Source: Chrysomallon squamiferum | Lineage: Eukaryota > Animalia > Mollusca | Direction of reading: 5' to 3' | Assembly (NCBI GenBank): GCA_012295275.1 | Contig: CM022679.1 | Span: 7,998,001-8,062,000, forward strand | DNA: 64,000 nucleotides | In this document: positions 39,197-53,551 of the stretch, in pieces | Layout: the number at the start of each line of letters is the position of its first letter | How positions within the stretch are numbered: the stretch's first letter is position 1 | Position numbers and translations under genes: made by a program | The notes under the pieces: generated by a model | Database searches by the model: none | The model's input: the letters and a program-made list of their open reading frames with translations, nothing else | Told to the model about the DNA's origin: nothing

Positions 39197-42100
39197 AATA
39201 ATGAATTTGATGACTTAAACTGAAATTTTTCAGCCATCCCATTCTTGTCTGTTGTTTTCAAACCATCAGGTGTTTTCATCACTACCTTTACATCACCTGA
39301 CTTCAGTAACATCCTCTTACATGAATATGTCATTGTGTTCTATTCCACATTTCCATAGAAAAGCCTTCAGTGACTGTGAAATTTATGACAAAAAAGATGC
39401 TAGAAGGTAAACATATTATTGTAATTAGCAATGAAACACAGGTAGCTAATTTAAAATCAGTTTTATGTTTGTGTGTCTGATTCATGAATCTGTATTCAGA
39501 ATTTTATTGCTACACAGATTGAATGGAAGAAGAATAGAGGGAGGCATTTGGGAATTCACCTATTAGCTTGGTTGACAGAGTTCTAGGTTTTTATATGCTA
39601 AGAATCCTGGTTAAGTTTCTATCAATGAAAATGAAGTAAACTGTTAAATTTATCTTTTATGAACTACAAGAATAAAAAAAAAAAAAAAAAAATTTTTTTA
39701 TTTGAAACTAATAAATAAATAAAAATAATATTATTTTCAGCCTGCCTTTTTACTGTTACATCATCCTTATATTGAAAATAAATTTTTATGTTTTGTAAAG
39801 TGGAATAATCCTTCTGTACATTTTATTGTGGGAACTGGGATAACAGGCAGGCACTGTGACATTAAAGAAAAACAAGTAACAGTTGTTAATGAAAATAAGA
39901 CAAGAGAAGCTGGTTTTAGGGATAAACAGTTTTATAGCTGATAAAGCTTTAACAATGTAATGGCATCTGTTTGATGTTTTATTCTTTTCTGCTGACCATT
40001 GTTATTTCAAGGACCATTAGCATAGCAGGGGAAATGGACATTCTTCAGATGCCCTGCTGGCCATAACATTGGTCAGAGCTCATGAGTCATCCTCCTGACT
40101 TGACCTCTTGTCCAAAAGTCTGACCTCCCTCCTCCAATGATTGATTTACTGGTCAGTTTGAGATGACCATTAAAGTAAAGAGGGTATAGTTTTGTGGTTC
40201 ACTAATTACTAAACTGCTTACACCTTGTGGCATTTCATGCATCAAGTGTGTATTCGACAGGCTCTGTCAGCAATTAAATAAAACTTCTTTTTTTTTAGAA
40301 AGATCATGAAGTAAAGATAAATATTTGATTTTAAAAAAAATTGTTAAAATACCTGAGATAATTATTTGGATATATTTTGTCTTCTTTAGTTTTCTAATAA
40401 ATTTAAATACAAAACTAAATATTATTTCACATTTTGAATTCAGTCTGATAAAAATGTTTAAAATAAGCATTGGGGATTAAAAAGCACAATGGGTTAATTT
40501 TATTAAAATCCAACAAAAATGATGCAGTTTCTATAATCAACAAAAAAAAGGTTGAATAATACATCAAATGTCATCCTTATTTATTTATTTTTTTCTTTTC
40601 ATCTAAGTTGTATATTAGTATATATTTAATAATGAAAGTATCAAACACTTGTACACACACACACACACTGTCCAGTGATTTATAACTAGACTGTTTCAAA
40701 CTTCAACATTCAGTACACACATCACAGTGTAGTGTTTGATGAGGTAGGTTCTGGCCAGATGAAAATAAAGGACCATTGTCTGAGCTGGAAATGATTTGTT
40801 TTGAGAAAAATAACTGATGAGTTGCATGATGTAATTTATTAAGCATTGCATGACATTGTGAAACAAAATATTAATAATAGAATGGAAACAGAAGTGTGCA
40901 AAAATAGGTAATTTATAATGTTGGATATATTTCTTCCATTGTTAACTTTGATTTCATTCTAGTATTAGCTGAATGACCAAATTGCATAAATGAAATTTTA
41001 GTAATAAATAGTTTTTTTAGCAGTTCAGTATTTTGATTTTATGACATTTTTGAAATATTTATTTTAAATTGTAAATTATTAAAATTAAACTTCTTGTCTG
41101 GTTGTATATTGTATTGCCTTTGTCACAGGTATTGATTTTGAAAAGTTACAAAAGATTATCATTTCATAATGTAATGACCTCTAAAAATTATTGAATTAGT
41201 CTTAATGTAATTTCTAGATGGTAAAATGTTGCATTAATTAATTTCCTCAGTGTTTTATTGAGTAACATGATTAAGAAATAACATAAATCTTGATTACGTG
41301 CTGGTCTGACTTGTAACAATGAATACCAACCACTGTGTTTAAATTTAATTTAAAATATCTCTGGAGATTGCTCATTACAAAGAAATATTGTTCTGAAAAA
41401 TCTCTACCGTGGATGACAGATGACAACTGCTGTAATTCAGTTGAAGGTAAAATTTATTTTTATTAATGCAGCTGAATAATTTATTACTGAGAGTAAATTT
41501 TAAGTTTTTTAGGTGGCACATGTTATGTTTATGAATTAAAATTATTGTTTAAAAAGCATAAAAAACTGCTTTAATTTAGTGGAAGGTAAAATTTATTTTT
41601 ATTAATGCAGCCAAATAATTTATTACTGAGAGTAGATTTTAATTTTTTTAGGTGGCACATGTTATGTTTATAAATTAAAATTATTGTTTAAAAAGCATAA
41701 AAGATCTTTCTTTTTTTTTTTTTTTTTATTGAAAATTTAAAATGATAATATAAAATGTCAGCATTAATATTATTGAAAAAGACACAGCTGTGGTCTTGCA
41801 TAAATTTTTTATTATTATTATTTTTTAATATATTGTTGTCCTTCAACATGCATTTTTATTAAGTTTTAAGAGATACATATTTTTTTCAGAAACAGTATTT
41901 TGATATGTATATTTATTAATCATTAACCCAGCTATAAAAAAACAATTGCTAATAAGACATTTTTTTTTTTACTTGTAATTTAATAAATGTTTTCATTAAA
42001 ATCCCATTTCTAAAATATAGGCCTAACTCTTTTAAAAAGTAACAAAAATGTATCTTGAAGAACAACATTACAGCAAAAGAACATACACATAAGACCATGA

Positions 42101-42577
42101 CAGTGTCTTTCACCAAATCCCATAAAAATGCCATACACACACAGTTAATTGATATTAGGTCTTTTTTACAATATATTATCCTACTTAGTGACTTGTACTA
42201 TTTCCCTTGCTGTTTTCATTCTTAAAGACATCTGCTTAAGTACTAATTTAAATATTGGTTCTGTTTGATAGAGTAACAGTCATACCTGGAAAGAACAGAA
42301 TACAAATGTATGAAATAACAAAGGTCAAGCTGGTTCTTTGTTGAAATGTCTTTTAAAAAACAAGAATCAAGCAACACTGTTTTTCACTATGGAACAGGTG
42401 CAAAGAAAAGAAAGTCAGATTCATCACCCCATGCATCAATTGAGAAATGATGTTGATAAATTAAAAAAAAAATGAAGTACTAGCTCACTAGTGAAAAGGG
42501 AATTAACACTAATCCATTCAGAGTAAAATATAATATGTTAAATTGCTACAGTTTGCAAGATGTTGAGAAAAATGTGT

Positions 42578-42612
<35 letters not shown>

Positions 42613-45600
42613 CATAACAAGATATTCAAATTCCCATTCTAACTTGAGATAACACATATTCTCACTCAGTTTACCCATGTGATCGTGTAGCCACAGTGTT
42701 TTATATCCTAGTTGTAATAAACAATTGTTAATGAAATAACATGGCATTCAGAAAGCCAGGCTGTGTTACAGTTTCAGAATGTTTGTAGAAAAGTGATATT
42801 TCGTTTAATCTTGATAAGTAAAATCTGATACAGTGTATCAAATATTTTACATTTTTAGACTTTTTGTTTTCTTTGGTTTTGTTGGTTTCATTTTTCAATT
42901 TTAAAAATTTATTTATTTATTTTATTATTGTATTTTATTTCAGTTTATTATTATTGTTAATTAATTAATTAATTAATTTGTTTAATCTCATTCTTTAATA
43001 TTTAACTACATTAAACAAAACAAAACAAAAAAAGTCTTGATACTTTCAAACTAAGGAGTAAAATAATTTTATTAAAAAAACAAGAAACTGGTTTTCATAC
43101 ATATATATATATAATAGACACTGCCCTCTGATTCTCTTCATTATTTTCATATCTGTTTAAAATATCCATTTATTTGATGTTTAGTCTTCCCAATGGAATT
43201 ATTTCCTGGACTTCTGACCCTATCATCCAGTTAAAATATTTTCTCAAAGCAACATAATATTTTCATTCTGGACTATAAATATTTTGATGTGCTCTTCCAG
43301 GGTTCATCCTTTGTCTTACAGAGACATTTGCTTCCATCAGGAATTAATCCCAGATGCATACATGTGGTGCTGGTTATAAAGCATTGATATTAATATAAAC
43401 ATATTCTGCATTTTATTTTGTATTCATGAACATAAACTATGGCCCAAACAGGTTAATAAAGAATATTGTATGTAGTTCTGTAAATGTAAACAATAATACA
43501 TCTTGAAGTAGGCGTTATTTATGAATTGGTAAATAGAAATAATAGTGATTTGCAGTGATCTACATGAAAGCTATAACTGGCGAAGATCAGTGGCAGTAAA
43601 TTATTTTTAATGTTTATTGATAGTCTCTTTTTTTATTTCTTTTTTTCATATAAAAGACTGTAAATAGCACAAGCTATAGCCATCGGTATTATAATACATT
43701 TAGCCAAGTATTTCAAAATAAACTGGCTCAAGAGTAAAACTAGAGTGATAATTTAAAAATAAAAACAAATAAATTTAATTTGTAATTAACAAAACTGGTC
43801 TAAGGCAGTTTACTCAACAACAGTTAACTAAGTATATGGTAGCATAGATTCTTGCTAAAGTTACTGAAATGATCAAACATTTTCTGTTTCCCAGTGTGTA
43901 CTCTCATTATGAAGCAATATACCACAAATATTTTACACATCTATTACATTAATAATCTCTAGAGGTTTCTGTTGTTTGTTTAGAAAATTTATATAAATAT
44001 GTGTTACAGCATACATCGCCACTTAACTTGCTGAAGTATTATAATTTTAACCCAGAAACTGTCAACTCGACATACTACACTAAAACATTTTAAATTGATT
44101 TGTGCTTCGCTATACGACGTGTGGTAAACTTGACTGTTAATGCTGGTCTCAATTATCCACAAGTATTCCCACTAGAGTATCAGAACCATGTGACTTTTAC
44201 CTAATGGTTGTTTGAGATTGGTTTAAGTAGTGCACTGTTACTGAGAACACCTCGTATCATTCAGTTACTGGTGGATATCAAGCTTGTTTCACACATTTCT
44301 GAGTGCCTTCTTGCACAGGTTGTTAACTCAAAAGCTGTCATTTTGTTCATGTAGTTACCATGTTTTCAATTAGCATTAATTAGTCGTTCATTTGTGACGG
44401 TTTGCATTATGTCATCACAGCTCGATAAATTAACACATGCACATTGATTTGGAAGACAGGAAATGCTATTTCCTAACTTGTGTAGGCAAGAATTGATTGT
44501 TTTTCAAATTACACTCGTTAGATTTACATGTTGTTATTTCATAATGCTTCTATAAAATAAAAAAGAAATCACCCATAGTTCTTGCCACCTTTAATTATCA
44601 AAATGAGTTATTTTCATTTGTGTTTTTAAAAATATGAAATTGTTTTATTACTGATATGTTTGTCAGTGATTGTTGTAATTGTTATTATTGTATTTTGATT
44701 ATTATTATTTATTCATTTATTTTGTTAAATTCATTTCCTTTTGCATGAATTTTGAGTCTCTTTATTCATTTATTTCTCTTCATTCATTTTCTTTTTCACT
44801 ATTTTCAGTCTCTCTCTCTCTCTCTCAAGATTGCCCTTATGTCAGAATTTCCTATGTGACATCAGTGTGTAATATCAGCTAATTATGAAACGACCTGTCA
44901 ATTAGAATGTGAGAATTCTCTTTTCTCACTCCTGCTGGACAATTTAGGTATAAATATCACAGTCATTAAGTCATTCCTGTCACGTGAAAGCTGCTAAATT
45001 CAACATCTGTTTCTGTTTGTTTCTTTAAACCATCACTTGAAATGATGCAAGACTGGGATTATCAGTTCTGCAGTACAACAAGCTTTGTAGACAGAGATAA
45101 CACATGAGCTTTCAGTTGCCTGTCAATATTAATACCTGCACAGGTGTAAATTTAACATATGTATGTTTTGTTTTGAAATAGCACGGTTATTTTCATCAAG
45201 TAAATAAACCATAGCTGTGTGCAGTTTAAAATATGAAGACAGAAAGTGTTTGACATTTTAAAACTTAGTGACTATTATCAGCAATTGTATGAAACAAATA
45301 TTATGGCAGAGAGTAATGACCAGCAAATTCATAAATCTGAATGGATTGACAATATACACAATGACCAAAGGATTGAACTTGTAAACCCTGATGTTCTTAA
45401 AATGATAAAACAAATTAAATCTTTTGCATCTACTATTGAACCCAGACTTTTGCAACTGATGTTAAACATGGAAGCCATGACAGGAGAGTTTGTTTTGGAG
45501 AGAAATATAAAAAAAATAAAAAAAAAGAAAATTCAGTCATCCATGTCACTCGATAGACTTTTAATTGTAACATTTGTGAAAAAACATATTCCAGTTTTTT

Positions 45601-46944
45601 ATATATATATATATATATTTTTTTTTCTTCATTTATTTAAAAAAATTATTGAATATTTACGTCTGAAATTTTTTTTGGAAATATGATCATATAAAGAGAA
45701 TGTTTTTTTGAAAAAAATGGATCATGTTAAAATAAATAAAAACAGTGTACTTGTTTTATCAGTCACAGTATGCAAAATGTTTTGTGCATTTGTTATTTTA
45801 AACAACAGCTTACATTACGAGAAGTAGATCACATACCCACTTCACACACAAAATCACAATATCCATTGTTTTCAAAAGGTCAGAAAAGTTAATGTTACTC
45901 TATACAAAACACTGCAGATATCATGACAAAATGTTATTATAATAAATTGTGAAAGAAATTTTATATATATATATATATATTTGTATTTTTTCTAAAAATG
46001 TAAAGAAGTTTATAAAGAAAAAAACAACAACAAAAAAACCCAGCTTAAATTGAGAAAAATGTATTGCTTTTGCACTTTTCATATAATATATTGGGTTTAT
46101 TGTTTGCTGATTATTTTTAATTGTTTGAAATGATTTCATATTAAAATACATATCTTTGTTCTTTGACATATTTTTTTCCAAAGTACCTGAAGCAATAATT
46201 ACTACAAACTGAATAAATGATTAGCATTTAAGTAAGACAAAAATATTACCTAAAGGTTGTTATTTCCTCTGTGTGTGTGTGTGTATGTGTGTGTGTGTGT
46301 GTGTGTGTGTTTATATATTATCTTACACAGAAACATTTCTAACCATGTTAAATCAATATCACGTTCTGGACATTTACTGTTACATTAAACTCGAGGTCTT
46401 TTATTTCTATCTACTGATAATAAAGTTTAGCATTTTCCTTTGATAAAACTTCCAGCCATCTCTCGGTGGAGTTGAACTAAATCGTCCAGACACCACTTAT
46501 ATCACATAACTCAGCTGATTATTACTCTGCATTCATCGATTTGTGTATGAGTAATACAGACATATTCAGTTAAACTAGGCTGATTTCAGACATTCATTTG
46601 TACCAGTTTTTTTTTTTTTTTTTTTTTCTTTCTGACTGCAGGCTACATCACTTACTTCCTATTCTGAGTAATGAAAGAGAAACTTTTGACTTGAATCAAT
46701 CTGAAGATGGATAAAAATTATTGATTTCTGTAACAGTTAAATCAGATTTCTTTCTGCAACTTTCAATATCTTTATAATTTTGTTCTTTCCTTAACTCTCT
46801 CTCTCTTTATTTATTTTATTTTATTTTTTTTCCTCACCATTTGGCTGTTTGGTGAATTGAATTAGAAGTAGAGAATTAGCTAACCAAATATGGTTAACAG
46901 AATGATGAAATTGTCAGTTGATATGCATCACAAAATGATGAGTG

Positions 46945-47009
<65 letters not shown>

Positions 47010-49106
47010 TTGACTATTATTACTATTATTGTTATTACTATTTTATTTATTTCATTATTTTGTTCATTTATTTATTTATTTATTTTTTATTTTTATGTTT
47101 TCCACTTGTCTGTTTGATGAATTAAATTAGAAACAGAGCAAATATAAATTGTATGATGTCATCATCATGGGAACAGCTCACCTAATATGGTGAAATCACC
47201 AGTAGATGTTTATCATGAAATGCTGAGTGGTTTTTTTGTTTGTTTGTTTTAGTTTTTAGTTTTTTTTTTTTTTTTTTTCTTGTTTTATGTTTTTGTTTTT
47301 TCTGTTGTTGTTGTTTCTTGTAATCAGTTTGAAAAACAGTGAATGTAGAGTACTTTAATGATGATCATCATTTTAATTAAGATTGTTTCAAATAATTATT
47401 CTGAAAGACAAATCTACTTCAACAGTTACAGTAATTGAAAGACCTCTTTCTTTAATCTTCATTACAGCAGGTCTACTCATAAATTTCTAATCAGTTTGGA
47501 GGAAACCAGCAACAAATGATTGGAATCAAATGTGTTCAGAATGACCCTAAAATGGTCATCAATATAAATAATCAATGCATTCTAAATGTAAGCAATTATT
47601 ATGAGAACAAAATAACAGAACATTGATAATTAACAGTCATGAGTTACAGGCCAGTAGTGAATGCATGTAGAGTGTGGTTTTATTTTCATTATAATTGTTT
47701 CCTGCATTACTAAAGTTTTACTAGTCAGTGAACAAATTGTTTTCTTTTGTCCCCATCCATTGAGACGATTTCATGGTTCATGAATTAACAAGTTTCTAAG
47801 AACCACCAGAACAAAAAGATTCATCTGTTCTATCACACAGTTGAAGCAGAGAGTCCATTCAAAGAATGCTAGAAGCATGTGATACACAGTTAACTGAAAA
47901 GAGGAGGAAAACAGAGATTGTGTTATAATTGAAAAAAATAATGTGATCGTAATTTCTGTTCATTTTGAAGAGATTTTTATTCTATTATTATTGTTTTTGA
48001 TTTAAGTTTTTATTTTATTATTATTATGGTGTTTTTTTTTTTTTGTCTGTGATGTTTTTTTGTGTTTTTTGTTGTTTTGGTTTTATTTTGCTTTTGTTTT
48101 TGTCTTAAGAAAGTAAGTACAATTATCATCTGTCTTTAATGACATTTTACACAGTATGTGTCAACTTTTTTTTCCCCTTTTAGACTTTTCAATTTTCTTG
48201 GCTGTCTGCCTTTCATTAGTTTCTGCTGGGTCTTGTTTTTTTCTTTTTTTTTCTTTAATCCTTACTGTATCCATTAAAGTGATGAAGATCATCTGGAATG
48301 TTAGCAGCATTCTTCAACATTAAACAATATTCCCAGGTGTGAAATCCACTCTAAATGTTGATATGCTAACAAATTATAATAATAGAAATATTTACTGTTT
48401 TTCTGCTAAAGACTGTCAGATGTTGTACACTACTGATGAACACTTATAAGTCAATCACTTAACTCTTCTACTCTTGAACTGGGCCATCTGGAACAATTAC
48501 CAGATGTTTCCACACCTAATTTCTGATGATACCAGTGTGCTTAAATAAACATTTTACTTCCCGTTCAACCAATAGAATCAACTGCCATTTAGATTTAGAG
48601 AAGTGTTTAAGTAAGTTGCAACAACTGAGTCATGTGTATCTGTTTTACAAAGAACAGTTTATCAGTACAATTATTTCTAGTTACATTTCAGTCTTTCATT
48701 TATTTCTAGTTACATTTCAATCTTCCATTTATTTCTGGTCATTAAATTAATTAATGAATATTAGCTTAAACACAATTTTAGGTTAACAGCTCCAAGATTT
48801 TGAAATTATTAGATCAGAGATGTTGTGATTAAATTCATAGTGTGGGTTATTCTTACCACTTAGCAAAGTGGAATATTATATGTGGATTTCCCCATAAACA
48901 GGAAAATAGTTTATTTAATATATTAGTCATGGAGAACTGGTTGGAATGGGAAATACACACAAAAGTACACTGAAGAAAATTAATTCCGTGACCCATCATC
49001 CCTAAAGGGAGTGCACTGTCTCTTATCCATAGCCACTCCCTGTCTGGTGATTAAGTTCATTTTTTATCATGTTATCAAGTGACATTTTTTATATATTTTT
49101 TAATTT

Positions 49107-49137
<31 letters not shown>

Positions 49138-50032
49138 GCAATACAATTACTGCAAAGGTTTAAAGGATTCTGCTGATGAAAAATGTGGGAAGTCATTAGC
49201 AGGTTGTTTTGGATCATGTACGAATAGTAATACAGTGAGATCTTTCTGATTAAACTTTTAATGCAGGAGAACTGAATCAATGGGAAAGTCTGTTTCGTGT
49301 TCAAAAGGTTTTTACGGGTCAGGTGCTGTTGGTTAATTAATTAAGTACAGACTTCTTGTCATGGAATCAAACACTGTAGTAATTGCTAAGGCAAACTAAG
49401 TCCATGCCTTTTTTTAGAAGTCATTAAGTGTTGTTTTTTGTTTTCTTTCATTTTCACTTTTCATGTAAATAAATAAAGTAAAAAAAAAAAAAGCTGATTG
49501 CAAAAGAATATTTCAGTTTTAGACAGTTATTAAATTTATTTTTTATTATTTGCACATTTTTTTTATTTGCTTATGTCATTTTACTATTTTTGTTATTGTT
49601 TTTTTTTTTTGGTGGGGGAAGGGTTGTGTATTGTCTTTTATGGTGTATTTGTTCATTTAGTATAAGTCACATGCTTCAAAATCAAATCTGAGCAACTGTT
49701 GATTGTAGGGAAGTTACTGAAAAATCCTGTTTAAAAGAATATTATTAATTTTTTAGTATTTATTTTATTTATTTATTTATTTATTTTTTTTTTTTTTTCC
49801 CCTGTTTTTTTTTTTTTTTTTTTTTTTTTTCTAAAAAAAAGAAAAGAAAAGAAATATTTACTTTAACTCAAACTGCAGTGTTAATTAACTGCACTGAAGA
49901 TGATTTGAAATTTAATACTTTTACTCTGTATCTGGTTTCCATTAATTTCATACCTCACTGAATTTAATGACACAAACCCATCACTAATTTGCTGACACAG
50001 GTTAACAATTGCAGTCTTAGATTTTTTATCAT

Positions 50033-50075
<43 letters not shown>

Positions 50076-53000
50076 AATTCATCTGGTTTTCCTGGAAACT
50101 GAATATAGCCAGGTTCAAGAGTTTTGAATGTCTGGTGCTATTTTTAAAACTATTTCAGATAGCTTTTATCAGGAACATGGAAAATAGGAATTCTTGTTTT
50201 ACCAATTTACTTTTTTTTTCTGTGCTGCTGGAACTATTAGTCATCACAGATGGGTTTTTTTTTTAGGAAAAGAGGTTATGTACTAGATAGGAAAAGAGAC
50301 ACAGATATTTTGTATTCCTAACCTGCTTTTTACTTATTTATAGATGTGTAAGCATTTTAGATGTTTGTAGGTTATTTCAATTGTGTGATAAAAAGGTAAA
50401 TTGTGTAGAGATCAACTGTTTTCTGTGAACAATTTCTTTTTCTTCTTCTTCTTCTTTGTATTATTATATAAGTTGAAGAAGTAGTAGTAATAGTAGAAGT
50501 ATGTTCTATTTAATTTCTAATGTTTCTTCAATCTTAAAGCTGATACTAACTTATGGAACAAAGAGGTTTTGTTAATTAAAATATATGACTTACTATTGGT
50601 AACAAAATGCCGGCTAAATATTAATTTATATACAGAAACAAATTGTTACAGCTGCATATTAGTTTATTATTTTGGGTGCTTTTAATTTTTTTGAAATACT
50701 AAAAAGTATGACATGAGCTATGACTGAATGAACTTTTAAAATATTATTATTGTTGTTTATTTAAACTGCTCTGCAGCATTTTGTCAGCAGTTAGTGTTTT
50801 TGAAATTTCATCACAGTCAAAGGTTATTTGTGTGGAATTATTATTATGTTGAATTTGCACTTTTTCTAAATAACCATATTTGGTATAAGCTGGTTTTAAT
50901 GTAAGCAAATTATGAATCCCAAGTATTTTACTGAATGAACTTTGTTAATATTATTATTATTTTATTTTTTTTAAACTGCTATGTAATGTCTGAACCAATG
51001 TTTTGTCAACAAATTAGTGTTTTTGAAATTTCTATTTTTTCATCACTGTTAAAGGTTATATGTCTGAAATTATAACAGTGAGAGTTTGAGTTTTTCTAAA
51101 TATCCATATTTGGTATCAGCCGGTTTTAATGTAAGCAAATTATAAATTCCAAGTATTTCAAAAATGTTTACTACTAAATGCATTAAATAAATTGTTCCAG
51201 TTCTGTAGTTGTATTCAGATCATAATTTTATAGACACACACACACAGAGAGAGACACATACATACATACTAAATGTAGAATAAATATAATTAATTAATAA
51301 TATTCACTGTGCTTTAATTCTCGATGGAACTAAAGCTTCAAGTTAAAATTATTTTTTATCAAATGAAACAAACTAAAAGTAAACATTAACTGCAGACAGT
51401 TCTGTTTCAAAATTAAACGGTTAATTAACAATGCTGCAAGAGATAAGAACAGTATCTAATTCAATATTAATTTGATTAATTTAATTTTGTTATGAAGTTG
51501 TAAAAAAAGGGGAAAAAAAACCCCTGTTCTTGCTTGATACTGTTATATCACATTTCTGTAATTTGACAGGTTCCATTTATATCTCTGTATATTTGTAAAT
51601 GGTGCACTTACATGTTTTAGCAAACAAATTTCTGTGAAAATAAACTGTGACAGAGAAATGATCTGCTGTGTGCTTGCTGTATGTCTTCACCAGACGGTAT
51701 ATGTCTTGTCTTTGATGCCAGAGGGTTGTAAAGCTCACTGGAACAACAGCTGGCAAGATGATCTTCTTCATTCTTATCTCTTGTAGTCTGACAAATAAGT
51801 ATTCACATGAACTTCTTTGTTAGTCCATTGCTGGTTGATACTGATTCCATGCTGCTGTTCTTGTCTGTGTTTAACTCCATGTGCTGGGTTTGTCCAGGTT
51901 GACTCCATGTGCTGTTTTGTGTGTGTTATTTCCATGTTGTTTCAATGTGATGTGTTTGTGTATGCTGTCTCCATGTGCTGTGTTTGTCCATGTTGTCTCC
52001 ATATGCTGTGTGTGTGTGTGTGTGTGTGTTGTTTCCATATGTTGTGTTTGTGTGTTGTTTCCATGTGTTGTATTTGTGAGTGTGTCGTTTACATTTTCTC
52101 TTTGTATATGTGTGTATATGTCTGTGTCACTCTGTCTTTCTTTGTGTTTATGGATGCATTGATGACACGAAAATGTATGATTGTATGGATTCCCTGCACT
52201 TTTGTCATTTCCATATACTGTTTGGTGTGCAACAGCTGTTTATGCATTTAAGCTGATGCCTTACATTTCTGAATGTGTGTGTTGTCCATTTGTCACTTTG
52301 ATATCGCCTCATTCATGTTAACTCTGACTGATGGGGTGTGAGATGTGGGAGTGATAAGTGAGACACTGTGACATAATAACAAATAATAAATATCACTTTA
52401 CAGACAACAGAGATCACTGTTAAAAATCTTTGAAGTGTAGGCTGGTATCTGATAGATTCTCCACTCTGTTATTCTGCTTAATATTAATATTAATATTAAT
52501 ATTTATGGTAATGGTAATTTGTTCATAATGTGATTAATTAAATCTCCAGATTTCATTCAAACTTGTCAGCTGTAATGCTTACAAAAAAAGAAGTTTTCAG
52601 GATTATTCTTTGGATTAATAATAATGTTGTTGTGGTTGTTATACATGCATGCATACATATATACATGTATAAACATTTATTATTATTATTATTTTTTTTT
52701 CATTCATTTTTAAACACAGAACATTCTGTTTACCTATTTAATAAACAAAAACAAACCCCCAATCATTTTAAAACGTGTTTGTGTTGTGTCTAAGTTTAAG
52801 GTGTCTGACATCTGGTGTCACCACAAGTTCATGGAAGCCTCCAGCTACTGCAGAAACCTGAAACTGAAAAACATTTAATGATCTCAGACATAAAAGTTCA
52901 TAATTTATCTCTGAATTTAAAAAATAAATAAAATTTAAAAAATCAGTTTTAATGTTGAGACATCTGCAGATAAACTAGTGATGTTGAGTAAAATTAATTT

Positions 53001-53511
53001 AAAAAAAATAAAATAAATAAATAAAATAAAATTAAAAAAATAAAAGTAATAATAATAAAAATTTTCATTTGTTAGATAAAAGAGAATAAAGTTAATTGTT
53101 TGTTGCTTTTTATTTTTTTTTTTTTTTTGTTGTTGGTTTTTTGTTTTTTATTTTTTAAATGCATATAAAACAACTGTTTCAAAAAGCTATTAAATGTAAG
53201 TTAAAAAATTATTTCATATATAAAGTCAAATTAAATTTTTTATGAAGAAACTAAATGTTAAAAAACAAAATATAAAGTATGAAGCAAGTGAATTTTGACA
53301 AGGTCAGTAAGTTGGACACAGGGATTAGCTCTGATTAGATTAGTGGAGGTCACATTTTTATTAGTGAGCTGGAGGGCATCAACAAGATTGTTATCCACAG
53401 TTTTAAACCCCTGTGACAGTATTATTGAAAGGGTATCAGTGAATCAAAGTTTAATTAATTTGTGCATTTTAATCTGATTTTGATGGATTACAATGTGGTG
53501 GCATTCAATAA

Positions 53512-53551
<40 letters not shown>

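Noticed and set aside
39121-39333. Protein-like minus-strand ORF (MLLKSGDVKVVMKTPDGL...)
   Set aside because: It has no convincing splice sites, runs into a (CA)n repeat, and has no recognisable homology.
45246-45686. 146-aa ORF as a nested gene
   Set aside because: The 3' half is low-complexity and the 5' half is better explained as a decayed LINE fragment.
51817-52251. Cys-rich ORFs resembling metallothionein or keratin-associated proteins
   Set aside because: They arise from a TG/CCATG minisatellite, are open in several frames, and have no splice or promoter support.
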